DNA of 64,000 nt, from NCBI GenBank assembly GCA_002633005.1, contig NMRA01000262.1:363735-427734 (forward strand). The letters run 5' to 3'. The stretch is from Phoronis australis. Lineage: Eukaryota; Animalia; Phoronida. Shown piece after piece: positions 1-12,756 of this stretch; position 1 is the first letter of the stretch; the number at the start of each line of letters is the position of its first letter. A program made the translations under genes and the position numbers. Below the pieces are notes generated by a model. It searched no databases. It was not told the DNA's origin and worked only from the letters and a program-made list of their open reading frames with translations.

Positions 1-44
1 AGTAAGTAAATATTTAATACTTAAGATATTTTGTATTCATTCAA

Positions 45-3000
45 ATTTTTATTGGCCCACATATTTGTAAGTGGGTGCATTATGTCATCATTATGTCATC
101 ATTCCTGTCCATCCATCCCGCGTCCACTGCTCTATCTCCAAAACCATAGCGGATGGGCATGAGCTGTCTTACAACATCTCTTGTGGTGCTTTTTATTGCC
201 CATCTTACCAGAGATTACCTATTATACGTTATTTACCTGTATTCATTATATTGTAATTGTATTAGTCATAATAAATGACCTTATATCCCCTACCTCGGTT
301 TCCTTTTCATCTCTGGTAACGAGCTTGCGACGCACGTATCATTTATCTTTATTCGGGACATATGTTGATCATATTAATTGCTTTCATGGATGGAATGGCA
401 TGGCCAAACTTTTGGATGTACTTCCCTACCAGTGTGCCCCCTTGTGGCAATTTTTTACATTGATCTCTGTATCTTCAAAGGTCTTTAATGGATTTTCATA
501 ATATTTGGCATATAAGCATCTACTATCTTGCTGTTTTTGGATGAATTTAGGTATTTTGTCCCACCTAGTGGCCATTTTTACTGTTTTCAAGTCCAGCCTT
601 CTGCCAACCAAACCACTCTAAAAATGCTTCAGAAAATTGGCATATAAATTCTTACTGTAAAGAGGACTGCTGACGATGATTTTCCAGCGACTTCAACTGC
701 TGTGTCAGGTTTTTTTTTACACCCATGGCTGTATCTCCAAAGCCCTCTGCAAGATCTTGAATAAATTTAGCAAGTGTATTTATATGAAATTGACAATGGA
801 TGACAACGATTTTTGGAGGAATCCGAGTTGTAACTGGTGTACTCCCTTTTAAGTGGCAATTTAATTTTTTTATGTTTACCTCAGTCTATATCTTCAAAGG
901 CCCTCAATGGATTTTCATAAAATTTGGCAAATAAGCATCTTCTAGTGAAGTGACGCTATTTTTCTGTTTTCATATGGATTCGAGGTATTTTGCACTACCT
1001 AGTGGTGTTTTTCACTGTTTTCAAGTTTGTTTTTGGCACCCACTCTTCTGTCAACCAAACCACTCTAAGGATGATTGTGAAAATTGACATATATGTTCTT
1101 ACGGTGAAGACAATGGCTGATGATGATTTTTCGACAAATTTGACTACTGTGGCGCCTCCTAGTGGCAGCTATGGTTTTTGGCTGTATCTCTTAAGCCCTC
1201 CACAGGATCTTTATTAAATTTAGCACGTGTATTTTCATGTGAGTAACAAGGGACGATGATGATGACTTTCAGACGTATCCCATGAATGGTGGGCTAATTT
1301 CATTTTCTTTCTGTTTTTCTCTGTTTCTCTGAAGTTCCTTGCCGGTTTTTCTTGAAATCTGGTAAACAACTTTCTATTAAAGAAGCAATGACATGTTCCC
1401 GTGTTTTGCATGGATTTGACATATTTCGTGACATCTAGTGGCTATTTTTAATGTTTTCTAGTCTGTTTGTGGTGTCCGCCCCTCTACCAACCAAACCAAC
1501 CTAAGGATGATTTTAAAAATTGGCATTTATGTTTTTACTGTGAAGAAGACGGTTGTTTGCATGGCTATCTCCCAAACCCTCTGCGGGATCTATATTTAAT
1601 TCGGCAAGTGTATTTATACGAAGTTGAAAACGGCAAATTGAATGGATCCAAGTACCGCTGCACCCCCTAATGGCAATTTTATTTTTTCATTACTTCCTTA
1701 TCTTTGATATATTCTGCGCCACTTGGTTGTCATTTAAAAAATGTTTGAGTGTGTTTTTCATCCTTTCCATACACCAAACCGCTTGAATGCTTATAGTAAA
1801 ATTTGGAGATGTGTTCTTGATCAGAAGGTTGAGGCTAACGCTCAGGGTTTTCGAACGTGTTCAACTACTTTAGCCCACGAAGTGACAACTTTGCTTTTCT
1901 TGCGTGCGCGGCTGTATCTCCTTTACCCTTTACAGGATCTTTCTGAAACTTAGCAGATGTGCTAATTTTAGGCTAATTTTAGACTAATAGAGCTGTGCTC
2001 CCTAGTAGCAATTTTATTACTTGGCGGAATTCTTCGAATTCCGACAAGTATGTTGCTCTGTCGTCAAGTTTTTTTTTGTTCGCACTGTACAGGTCGCAAT
2101 TTTCGTCGGATTCTCACGAAATTTGCACACGACGTGTAGATTGGAAAGTCCTGGAAGCCTATTGTTTTTGGTCATGATCAAATTCAAAAAAGGCGGACAT
2201 GGCGGCCATTCTGTTTCCGATTTCAGAGTCAAATGCTCATAGAGGCCGCATTTTTCGACGTACAGGGCTGAAACGTGGTACGATTATTATAGAACACATG
2301 TGCTACAACTGTGCCGAAAATCGTTGACTTCCAGTCAAAGATGGCGGAAATATTGGAAGTGGCGCATGCACCCCTCGATATCTGGCCGAAAACGTTTTCT
2401 CCTGTAGAGGGCGCATTGGCGAACCAATCACTTTCAAACTGGTCACGTGTTTGTTGCTTTTAATCGGCTTTTATAAAATTTTGTTTAACCGGAAGTCACT
2501 TTCAAGATGGCGGCTGTGGCGCATTTTCACCCATTTTCAATTGTTCTGCTCTCGCATTTTTAATGGGAAGAGCAAATGATGTGAATTTTTGCATGTTGAT
2601 TCCTTGAAGTATGCTCTTTCAAACGTTCTGCGGTAACGTTTTTTCAGACTTACCGTTTTCGAGTTATTATACTGAATTTCAAAAAAACCCGCAAAATTTC
2701 AATTTTTTCGAAAAAATTATAGAATGTTGCGGAAATATCAATTTAGATAAAGTTTGGAACGGGCTTTCAGGAGAAGTTTTCCATTTTTCACTAGGACGTC
2801 TACTTTTTGTATTATTTGAGATTTTCTGATATCGCTGTTCCTTTGTTGAGCGCTCTAACTGCATTGATGTTGGTTTAGTTTATTTGAACAAGACTGTAGT
2901 TTATTTCTTACTAATTTATGACATCTAAGTTCGTTGTATGAATGTTATGATGTTGTTCATCATTGCCACCTTCATCATCGCAGTCATTGGCGTTAATTTT

Positions 3001-3069
3001 GCCTATTGTCGCTCAAGTCTGTAGGTAAGCACTGAACAGCCAGGCCGCGGCTACGGAGCATTTTCTAGT
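45..3069 (+). mobile_element. Helentron/DINE-1-like (HINE) non-autonomous element region with degenerate internal repeats
   Basis: T-run followed by a cccac..gtggg palindrome and a (tcca/tccg)-type microsatellite at the 5' end; recurring tgtatctc...gatctt...aaatt units; ends in GC-rich sequence plus CTAGT. Related sequence at 27025-27170 and 27525-27710, and inverted at ~37100-38310. Confidence 0.45.
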
Positions 3070-3817
3070 CCCTAGAATTTATGTTGAGGGCGTGTGTCAG
3101 GTTTGGCGGGTGGTTTGAGGAAATTGTTGACAATTGCCAAGAAACTTATTTACTTGTGTTTTTGAATGAGAAAAGCCAAGTTTTACCTACTTTTGATGCA
3201 AACTGGTGGCTGTCATTTGCTATCAACCCTTGTCGTCTGCTGTCCGAGAAAGCGGGTGCGATTTCAGGTGGCTGTCAGACAGATTAAATTTGCCAAAAAA
3301 GTAAATGGTAAGAGGCTTACTATTACCACATAGTTAGAATCTAGTGAGGACGAGCATTCTGAATCTGTAGTCAGACTCTTTCTAGCACTTGCAGGGAAGT
3401 GGATATTTTGGGGAGAAAATTGTCAAATTTGGCGTTTTTTGCAAATAGTTTTGTGTGCCGGAATTTTCTTGCCAATCAGAAATCTGTACAGTTCGGTAGA
3501 GTTTTAAACGGGCTTTCATAAGATATTTTTAATTTCTCGCTAGTCGTCATGATCGTCGTCGTCGTCCTTCCCATCGTCCTCTGTTCGTGTAATTTCGCCA
3601 AGTGACGCTCCTCCGAGCGCTCTCGTTTTTTATGTTTGCCTCTGTAACTCCAGAGTTCCTTGATGCTTTTCCATGAAATTGGGCAAACAAATTTCTGTTA
3701 TGAAGATGACAGCAGCTTTCCTTGTTGTGATGGCCGGATTCTGCAACAACTAGTTTTCATAATTTTTTAGTCTGTTTTTTGTCGTTTGCTGTATCTTCCA
3801 AAATGCGCAGGCAGACA

Positions 3818-4518
3818 GGCGCTAGTCGGATATAATGGACCCTAACTTATTCCAAATAAATCCACTAAATGTAGGTCTAAATGAATGTTTTTGGTATCCT
3901 TGCATTCCTCAGACATCTGGCTATCCATACAAATCCTTTTCACGACCCTCAATTACTCTAGTCTATAACTACGCTATTCCGAACTCGGTCCAATTTAGCC
4001 ACGTGCATCGTGAAATCGTCAGCCATTTCATGGAACTTACTATATCTAGCGCTATCTATCAGCGATTTGCTACAACGCGCTGTTCCTTTTACATCAGTCA
4101 ACGTCATTGGTCGATTTCGTCAATTATTAATGTCATTGTTATTATAATCATCGTACGACTGCTCTCGTCATCTGCACTTTCGTCGTCTCTCTCATGATCG
4201 TATCTGTCATCGTCATGTTATCGTTGTCCATGTTGACTGATGAAAAAGGAACAGCGCATGTTGTAGCAAATTGCCAATAGATGGCGCTAGATATAGTAAG
4301 TTCCCTGAAATGGCTGCCGATTTCACGATGCGCGTGGCTAAAGTGGGCCGAGTTCGGAATAGCGTAGCTATAGACTAGAGTAATTGAGGGTCGTGAAAAG
4401 GATTTGTACGGATAGCCAGATGTCTGAGGAATGCAACGATACCAAAATCATTCATTTAGACCTGCATTTAGTGGATTTATTTGGAATAAGTTAGGGTCTA
4501 TTATATCTGACTAGTGCC
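3818..4518. mobile_element. MITE with ~270-bp terminal inverted repeats and GACA target-site duplication
   Basis: Left arm starts ggcgctagtcggatataatggaccctaac; right arm ends gttagggtctattatatctgactagtgcc; gaca at 3814-3817 and 4519-4522. Confidence 0.85.
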
Positions 4519-6184
4519 GACAGTCATTATGAAAATTGGCAATTGTGTTCCTACTGACAAGAGCATGACTGATGGGGATTTTCAAATGCATCTAACTACA
4601 TTGTCATCTAGGGCTGTTTCTCCTAAACCCCTTGGAAGATGTTTTTAAAATTTTGTAGTTGCATTCCTATGAACTTGACAGCAGTCACTGTGGTTCATAT
4701 GGCAGTTTGTTTCTTCAAGTTTGTCTTTTTATCTTTGGAGTTCTTTTACAGATTTTCATAAACTTTGGAAAACAATTTCGAGAAACAACAACACAATCCC
4801 ATTTTTGGATGGTTTCAATGTATTGTGAGCCACCTATTGGTCAATTTTATGATACAAATAAACACCCCCAGAAGAGCACCATTTGCGGTGCAGTCTTGGG
4901 TGCATTCCAATCCTCTGCTTTGTTCTTTGTTTCTGTTGACAAAAGATAATTATTTTAATTTTCAAAAATTTGAGATTTCCGTCCCTTATTGCCATTTATT
5001 TTTTATGTGTTACCCAATGAGAATCTGATAAATATAATTGGCAGAATTTCCTTTTCTCATTTTTTCAAAAAGTTTGTGAATGTCCTTAATTTGCCAACAT
5101 ATTGTATGATAGTAGCTGCTGTGTATGGATTTTGAAAATGGTTCACAATGACTTCCATTAGTGCTTGTGGCTTATGGTTTTACAAGAAAATAATTCTTCG
5201 TTTTTCTGCCATGTGGCTAAAATTAGAAAGACTTTCTGGTAATAGTTTGAGATTTTCGAATTCGTCAAAACGGAAAATTGTTAGCTTGACTATTTTGTCT
5301 TTTATTGATGTCTTTAAAAATTTCATTAAATTATTTGAGTACAGTTTTTGGCCAGGATTTGCTCTGCACTTTTAGAATATTTACATTAAGCGTGTTTTTG
5401 AGTGTTCATAACAGTTCACCTTTTGCATGAGGTTAATTGCAGTTGTTTAATTGGGAATACAAGTATTCATTATCAGGCCCCACTCATTACGGCGTTTTCC
5501 CTTTGCTCCCAACTTGTTCAATTCTGTAGCCCAACAATAAGTTGGGAAGTTTACCCTTGTATAGCCAATATCTTACACGACTGATTAACTCCATTCTGGC
5601 TTTCATGATTGGAGGGCCAGCTCTCTTTTGTTCGATAATTGCTCTAATCTTGAATAATCGTACCTAGCCTGACTGCGCTTTGCTGTTCAAAATAAAAGTT
5701 AAGTTATACCGTATTTGAACATAAACCAATAGCATCTCTGAAATCCTCGTCAAATGGTGATCATGTTTAGTTTTTGAATCGCCAAAATTGCCCAACTGCA
5801 ACAGAAGTTACGATAATCTATTCTTTCTGAATGTACCAATTCACTCTGGGTTTGACGGTGTTCACATGTGGTCTGTAATAAGCCTGGTAGATAATTAGCG
5901 TGCCTGTTATCATAACAGATAAAAGACTGTGCTTGGCAGTTAACAAAGAAGTTAGATATTATCACATGCTCAGAACCCCCTTCGTCTGGTAAAGTCACTG
6001 AACGGGAAAACGCTTTCATGTGATCGACCACCCTGTATCTGCGCTCTTGCTGTAAATGTGTCTACAATATAATATTATTCCCCAAGGTTGTGCTTTTTCA
6101 TCCTTTGACACATATCTTATTGAGAGTGTAAGGCAAAAACTGCAATACAATGCTTCCAAACACAAATGTTTCACATTTTTTCAG

Positions 6185-6299
6185 TATCATCGGTGTTGTT
6201 CAGATGGTGAACAAGTTGAACGGAACGTTTACAAAGAGCGATGAGGAGTCATTTGAAACATTTGCAGTATATTGTGGCCTGGCACTGCATCATGCAAAG
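6185..6299 (+). CDS. PDE10A: PDE10A-like phosphodiesterase, internal exon (end of GAF-B domain)
   Basis: tttttcAG acceptor and AAG|GTAAGT donor; translates [38 protein letters not shown], matching the GAF-B NK...F...DE motif region of PDE10. A probable upstream donor GTAAGT sits at position 2. Confidence 0.92.
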
Positions 6300-7336
6300 G
6301 TAAGTTAATTTCAACACCTTCTGCCGTTAGGTGTCAGGTAAAACAACTGAACTTTTGTTGTCAAGTGGAACTACTTGGTCTAAATTGATACAAACTAGGT
6401 TGTTTTTGGGTGGCATTCTCCTTTAAGACTACTTTTATGATGGCCTAAAATCAGAACTTAAAGCCTAACTTCAAGGGAATTTTGTTATTTAATATATATT
6501 GAGTTAACCAGACAGTCCTAGCACAGCCTTAGCAAAATAAGAAAGCGTGAGTTTAATCACTAAAACGTAGGCCCGTCAAATGATTAGTGAAGTTGTCGTT
6601 TCTTGCCATATAGCGTCACCACGAGAACCCAGCACATTAAACAGCAAAAGGCTGATAACAGTTGCATTGAATAGAGGTCTGAATAGAAAACATTGAGTAT
6701 CTGTGTTATTCGCAGCTGTTTAAATTAAAATTAGGCAATTGTTTTGGTGACGTAAAAAGCATTTGCCAATAACCCAAACAGCTTATTACATTTGGCACTT
6801 AAAAGCGATGCTCTTAACATAGTCAGAACCAAGTTTACTGGTGTTACTGTTCAAGATGGGCTTTAATGTCATTCAAAGGATGTAGCTAATTACTACTTGC
6901 AAATTTTAAGACCTTAAAAATAAGCTTATTTGAATTTTCACCTTGAAACTGTAGACAAACTTACCAACTAAGATTTTATCAGTGAGAATCTTTTCCAGTT
7001 GTCTTCTTAGTTGGCTATTACTAAACATCATGCTGGGTAAGATTCTTGCATTAGAGTTCAAGTTTCACCGAATCAGATTTGCGGATTTTTTCACTGCCTA
7101 TGGTTCAATCCTGCATGTTTGAGCCATCAGGATTAGACGCAAATTTTCAAGATTGATAAAATCTAAAACATTTTTGCAAATTCTGACTTTGTGTGTTTGG
7201 CAGAGGCTGTTCAATAGATTCAAGAAACTCTTGAGAAAAACTAAATGTAGCCGTGAAAGGCAGCGGAATGGATTGATTGGTTGCTCTAAGACTTCATATT
7301 GGGAATGGATTGATTGGTTGCACTAAGACTTCATAT

Positions 7337-7616
7337 TGCTTTAATTCATACCCATTTGTAGTTATATGACAAAATCAGGAGATCGGAGCAAAAGTACAAG
7401 GTAGCTTGCTTTAATTCATACCCATTTGTAGTTATATGACAAAATCAGGAGATCAGAGCAAAAGTACAAGGTAGCTTGCTTTAATTCATACCCATTTGTA
7501 GTTATATGACAAAATCAGGAGATCAGAGCAAAAGTACAAGGTAGCTTGCTTTAATTCATACCCATTTGTAGTTATATGACAAAATCAGGAGATCGGAGCA
7601 AAAGTACAAGGTAGCT
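7337..7616 (+). repeat. 4 x 70-bp tandem repeat spanning a PDE intron/exon boundary
   Basis: gttatatgac recurs at 7361, 7431, 7501, 7571; preceded by a 2 x 37-bp duplication at 7265-7338. Confidence 0.95.
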
Positions 7617-7711
7617 CTAGAAGTGCTCTCTTATCACAGTCAATGCAGTGAGCAAGAAGTGGAAAGATTAAAAGACAGGGTAATCAGTGCACCTGTTGAA
7701 GATTTCACCAG
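7572..7711 (+). CDS. PDE10A: PDE10A-like exon (GAF-B to catalytic linker helix)
   Basis: Phase 0 to phase 2; LYDKIRRSEQKYKVALEVLSYHSQCSEQEVERLKDRVISAPVEDFT; LSYHS motif; donor AG|GTAAGG. The acceptor is repeated four times (see findings). Confidence 0.88.
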
Positions 7712-7768
7712 GTAAGGTCACCTGTGCATACAGAGTAATTGGAGAAAATACTGCTTCTTCCTGACAAC

Positions 7769-8088
7769 TTGTAGTGACTGGTCATTCTAGCTTTGATGAT
7801 GAATTCTGGTTGTTGTAGTGACTGGTCATTCTAGCTTTGATGATGAATTCTGGTTGTTGTAGTGACTGGTCATTCTAGCTTTGATGATGAATTCTGGTTG
7901 TTGTAGTGACTGGTCATTCTAGCTTCTTTGATGATGAATTCTGGTTGTTGTAGTGACTGGTTATTCTAGCTTCTTTGATGATGAATTCTGGTTGTTGTAG
8001 TGACTGGTTATTCTAGCTTCTTTGATGATGAATTCTGGTTGTTGTAGTGACTGGTCATTCTAGCTTCTTTGATGATGATTTCTGGTTG
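7769..8088. repeat. 44/47-bp minisatellite, ~7 copies
   Basis: unit ttgtagtgactggtcattctagc(ttc)tttgatgatgaattctggttg. Confidence 0.95.
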
Positions 8089-9121
8089 TGTTCAGCCCTC
8101 ATCATGGGGAATTTTGAGTTATTTTGTTTGACTATTATTGGCGTGTACTATGCAACAAAATTTGTAAAGTTTTTGTATGTTTAAGAAACAGACATGAGCT
8201 CTACCATACTTAAAATGCTGATTCACTTGTTGGCAATTTTTGATGTCAAAAACATTTTGGTAGCACCTGGTCGCCATTTTAGTTTTTGTCAGAGTTTATC
8301 TGAGGTGCATTCCATAGATGCAAGAACCTCATAAAAAGTCAAGACCTGATGCACGACCACTTAAAATCACCCATAACTCATAAGTGAAACGCAGGTGCTC
8401 CATGAGTTTGCTGTTCCTTACCAGCATACGCTAGCAAAATGTCATCCCTTGTCCACTGATTATTGTCAAAATGGCCAGACAGATTTTTGATGGACCTTGA
8501 CAGAGAGGTTTTATGACTGTGAGAAGCACCAGCCCAGTAAAGTTTGATGGCAAAATTACTGTACTTAAGTAACATGAAACGTAATGTCACTCAGACTTTT
8601 GTGCAGTGTTTGAATAAATGTGCTGGCCCACCGGTCCAATGTGTCTGACCCAGCTGCCAAGTTGCTGGCCCTGCTTTTAGCTTCCTATCTACGTTTTTGT
8701 CCATCTTTCCTGTACACTAAATGTGCATGTGCGTATGAACCCCATTTTTTTCAGTAACTCTAGGTGAGGAGTTGTTGGTATGAACACCATGTAAGCTGTG
8801 GTTATTAAAATAAAAGTCTTTAACTGGATTTAACCAATATATTTTTGCAAAACACATTTCTCACTGCACAGAACTCTAGGCTAAAGTTCTATCAATAAAC
8901 AATTTAGTGAATGGGGGGATCACTCATATATATTGCTCACAAGGTTCAAACTCGTTAGCATTGAATTAATTGGTTATGAAATCACATCCACATATATAAA
9001 AGGGCCTATATGTGAAAGTTTGCTGGCCCAGCCACAAATCCACTGGCCTCGGATCACCGGGTATTTCGAATGCTGCTTATTTGTAAAAATGATCTTCATA
9101 AATGTATGTTTCCCATTCCAG

Positions 9122-9217
9122 GTACGATTTTTCACCATGGGCAATTGACAATGATGAGAAGCCACTGTATGTGATAAAGATGTTCAAGGCGCTCTTTGAT
9201 GCCAGTACTAAGTATAG
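9122..9217 (+). CDS. PDE10A: PDE10A-like exon (N-terminal part of catalytic domain)
   Basis: ttccAG acceptor, AG|GTAGGA donor, 96 nt, phase 2-2; (R)YDFSPWAIDNDEKPLYVIKMFKALFDASTKY(R). Confidence 0.85.
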
Positions 9218-9910
9218 GTAGGAGATAGTTGATAGTGATTGTCAAGTGTAATACAAGCTTAGTGTGACACATGTCTGCTGCAGGAATCTTTGGATTCTGC
9301 AGTGCAGTTCTTCCTGTTCAAAATAAAGCTGCATATCGCTCTGTTTAGCTGGATAAAAACTAAAATTGAATTAGGCTTTTTAGTATAGTAAAATTAATCT
9401 TGTAATGTCACCTAGCATGATGTGATTCAGCTTGCATTCCCGACACAAAGCATCAGTTGTGTCAACGACTCAAGCAATGGCTCAGAGTTTAGGGTCGGCC
9501 AACCCTCAAGTTTGAAAGTTGTGCATGTACCCATTGCCTGTGACTCGTGCTGGTAATAGAAACTATACGAATTCTATCATGCTGACGAGTGTCATGAGAT
9601 TGTTTTAATAGGAGTATGTCAGGTCTAATTAGATTTTTGTTTTTGCCAGCTTAAAAGAGGGTGAAATGCCACTAAAAGTCTTTGAAGTGATATTATTGCG
9701 CTGAAGTAAAATTTGTGCATGGAATCATAAGAATATCACCTGTTTGATTAAGAATTAGCCAATATTACTTTCCTTGTATTTATTGATTTGATAAGTATTT
9801 TTTGCAATTTAAAAAAATCTATAGTGAGTTTTTACTATTTTGTGGCTGTCCAAATGCCAAAAGAGCTAGACACACACAGTGATATTTCCATATTTTATAT
9901 GTCCATTAAG

Positions 9911-10061
9911 GTATGATCAAGAGACTCTGGTCAAGTTCACGCTGACAATACGCAAGAACTACCGCACCGTGCCATATCACAATTGGGCTCATGCCTTCTC
10001 AGTGGCACATGCTATGTTCACAGTCATCAGGACCACCAAGAATGACTTCACACCTTTAGAG
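9911..10061 (+). CDS. PDE10A: PDE10A-like exon (YHN motif)
   Basis: (R)YDQETLVKFTLTIRKNYRTVPYHNWAHAFSVAHAMFTVIRTTKNDFTPLE; class I PDE YHNxxH motif; GAG|GTAGGA donor. Confidence 0.95.
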
Positions 10062-10606
10062 GTAGGAGTGAACACCAAGCTGCAGAGTTCATGTTACTTT
10101 TTAAATATAGACAAAATCTCATTTTGTGCAAGGTTTAAGATAAATGTCATGATCATTTAGGGTGTTTAAAATTTAAATAAACATCCACTTCTCAGCCTGG
10201 CGAGATGGGTGAAGATTGTGTAAACTTTTCTCAAAATTATGACAGAAATAGACTACAAAATCAGGTGATCAATTTTGTTTAAAAGTATTGACGATTTCAA
10301 TAAAAAATGATATTTAGTTGTTAAGTCTTTTAAAACATCAGAGTTTGGTCAATATGTCTTGCAAATATTGACCCTGTTAGATGGTTCAAGTGCCCAACTA
10401 CAAGTTAGAACAGATTAAATTTTTAGTACAATTTGTCTTTTCCTTAAAATAATTCTAACTAAAATGAGACTTGTTAATGTTCATAAAAGACTGGTCTGTT
10501 TTAAAGTGGCGCTAAACTCATGCATTTTGTCAAAAAACAACGAAATTTTGATGTGATCTCTGGAAAGCCCTGCATGTGGTGACTTCTTCAGACTTTAAGC
10601 TATAGT

Positions 10607-11781
10607 CAGGTCACACACGACCTGCAGTTCCTTCATAACATTTTAGGTCACACACGACCTGCAGTTCCTTCATAACATTTCAGGTCACACACGACCTGCA
10701 GTTCCTTCATAACAATTCAGGTCACACACGACCTGCAGTTCCTTCATAACATTTCAGGTCACACACGACCTGCAGTTCCTTCATAACATTTCAGGTCACA
10801 CACGACCTGCAGTTCCTTCATAACATTTCAGGTCACACACGACCTGCAGTTCCTTCATAACATTTCAGGTCACACACAACCTGCAGTTCCTTCATAACAT
10901 TTCAGGTCACACACGACCTGCAGATCCTTCATAACATTTCAAGTCACACACGACATGCAGTTCCTTCATAACATTTCAGGTCACACATGACCTGCAGATC
11001 CTTCATAACATTTCAGGTCACACACGACCTGCAGATCCTTCATAACATTTGAAGTCACACACGACCTGCAGTCCCTTCATAACATTTCAGGTCACACACG
11101 ACCTGCAGATCCTTCATAACATTTCAGGTCACACACGACCTGCAGTTCCTTCATAACATTTCAGGTCACACACGACCTGCAGTTTCTTCATAACATTTCA
11201 GGTCACACACGACATGCGGTTCCTTCCTTTCATTTCAGGTCACACACGACCTGCAATTCTTTCATAACATTTCAGGTCACACACGACCTGCAGTTCCTTC
11301 ATAACATTTCAGGTCACACACGACCTTCCGGTTCCTTCATAACATTTCAGGTCACACACGACCTGCAGTTCCTTCATAACATTTCAGGTCACACACGACC
11401 TGCAGTTCCTTCATAACATTTTCAGGTCACACACGACTTGCAGTTCCTTTATAACATTTCAGGTCACGCACGACATGCGGTTCCTTTAACATTTCAGGTC
11501 ACATACGACATGCGATTCCTTCATAACATTTCAGGTCACATACGACCTGCGGTTCCTTCATTACATTTCAGGTCACTCACGGCCTGCGGTTCTTTCATAA
11601 CATTTCAGGTCACAGACGACCTGCGGTTCCTTCATAACATTTCAGGTCACACACAACCTGCGGTTCCTTCATAACATTTCAAGTCTCACACGAAGTGCAG
11701 TTCCTTCATAACATTTCAGGTCACACACAACCTGCGGTTCCTTCATAACATTTCAGGTCACACACCACCTGCAGTTCCTTC
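10607..11781. repeat. 37-bp minisatellite, ~32 copies
   Basis: unit catttcaggtcacacacgacctgcagttccttcataa; no spacers. Confidence 0.97.
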
Positions 11782-12549
11782 CAATCCCACAAATCACACC
11801 TATTTTGACCAAGGAACGTTAACTTTACATCTATGTCATGATACTATGTGATTGAAATCAAAACTGTTTTTGACAGCTGTGTATTGTTGTTTTTAATACT
11901 TGTGATGTCTATCACTGATTCAATATGATCTTCGATCAGTGTCACAATGAATAATGGGCCTATGCATTTGGTAAGGGCAATCTCAGCTAGTCATGTTTTT
12001 GTTATTATAGCAGTCAAGGAACTATAGTGCCCGCTGAACGCTACTCTAATTTATTGTTCCCGTTTGTCAATTTACTGGAGAAACAAAAAGTCAAGATGTG
12101 GGCATTAAATGAAATGCAGCAAAATTGGGTTATGTGAGATTTCAGTTTGAACATGGAAATTCAACCTAACCTGAAAATACGGTATTGTGGACCAAGTGCA
12201 TCAATCCTACGCAAAATCAACGTCGTAATTGTTTGAGGTTTTCTGTTCTAATCTAGTACGCTTTGCCTTATACATGGATGACAGTTGTTTCATCCTGGTT
12301 TGTACTTGATGTCCCAGACATTAAAGTTATCAGATGAGTATGAACTCATAGTCTCCCTTAAAATCTGAAGTTTTGAGTTGTCTCAGACTAGCTCAAATCT
12401 AATGGCCATCATGTAAAAACATGATCACATAATATAAAAAATAGAAGCTTATTCTAAATTTGGAATACTAATCTCAAAAATACTTTCAAATTCAATTTTC
12501 AAGATTCCATGTCCTGAAATTCATTTTACTTTCTTTTGCCTTACGCTAG

Positions 12550-12756
12550 AGCCTGGTGTTGTTCGTTGCCTGTCTCTGTCATGACCTGGATCACCGTGGC
12601 AAGACCAACGCGTTCATGGTAAAGAGTGCCTCCCCTCTGGCCGCCATTTACTCTACATCGACTATGGAGCACCATCATTTCAACCAAACTGTCTCAATAC
12701 TACAGCAGGATGGCCACAATGTGTTCCGATACTTGTCACCTCAAGAGTACAAGCAG
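12550..12756 (+). CDS. PDE10A: PDE10A-like exon (HD metal-binding motif)
   Basis: [69 protein letters not shown]; PDEase signature HDxDHxG; 207 nt, phase 0-0. Confidence 0.96.

Noticed and set aside
10607-11781. 37-bp palindromic repeats as a CRISPR array
   Set aside because: Units are head-to-tail with no unique spacers, there are no cas genes, and the context is a eukaryotic intron.
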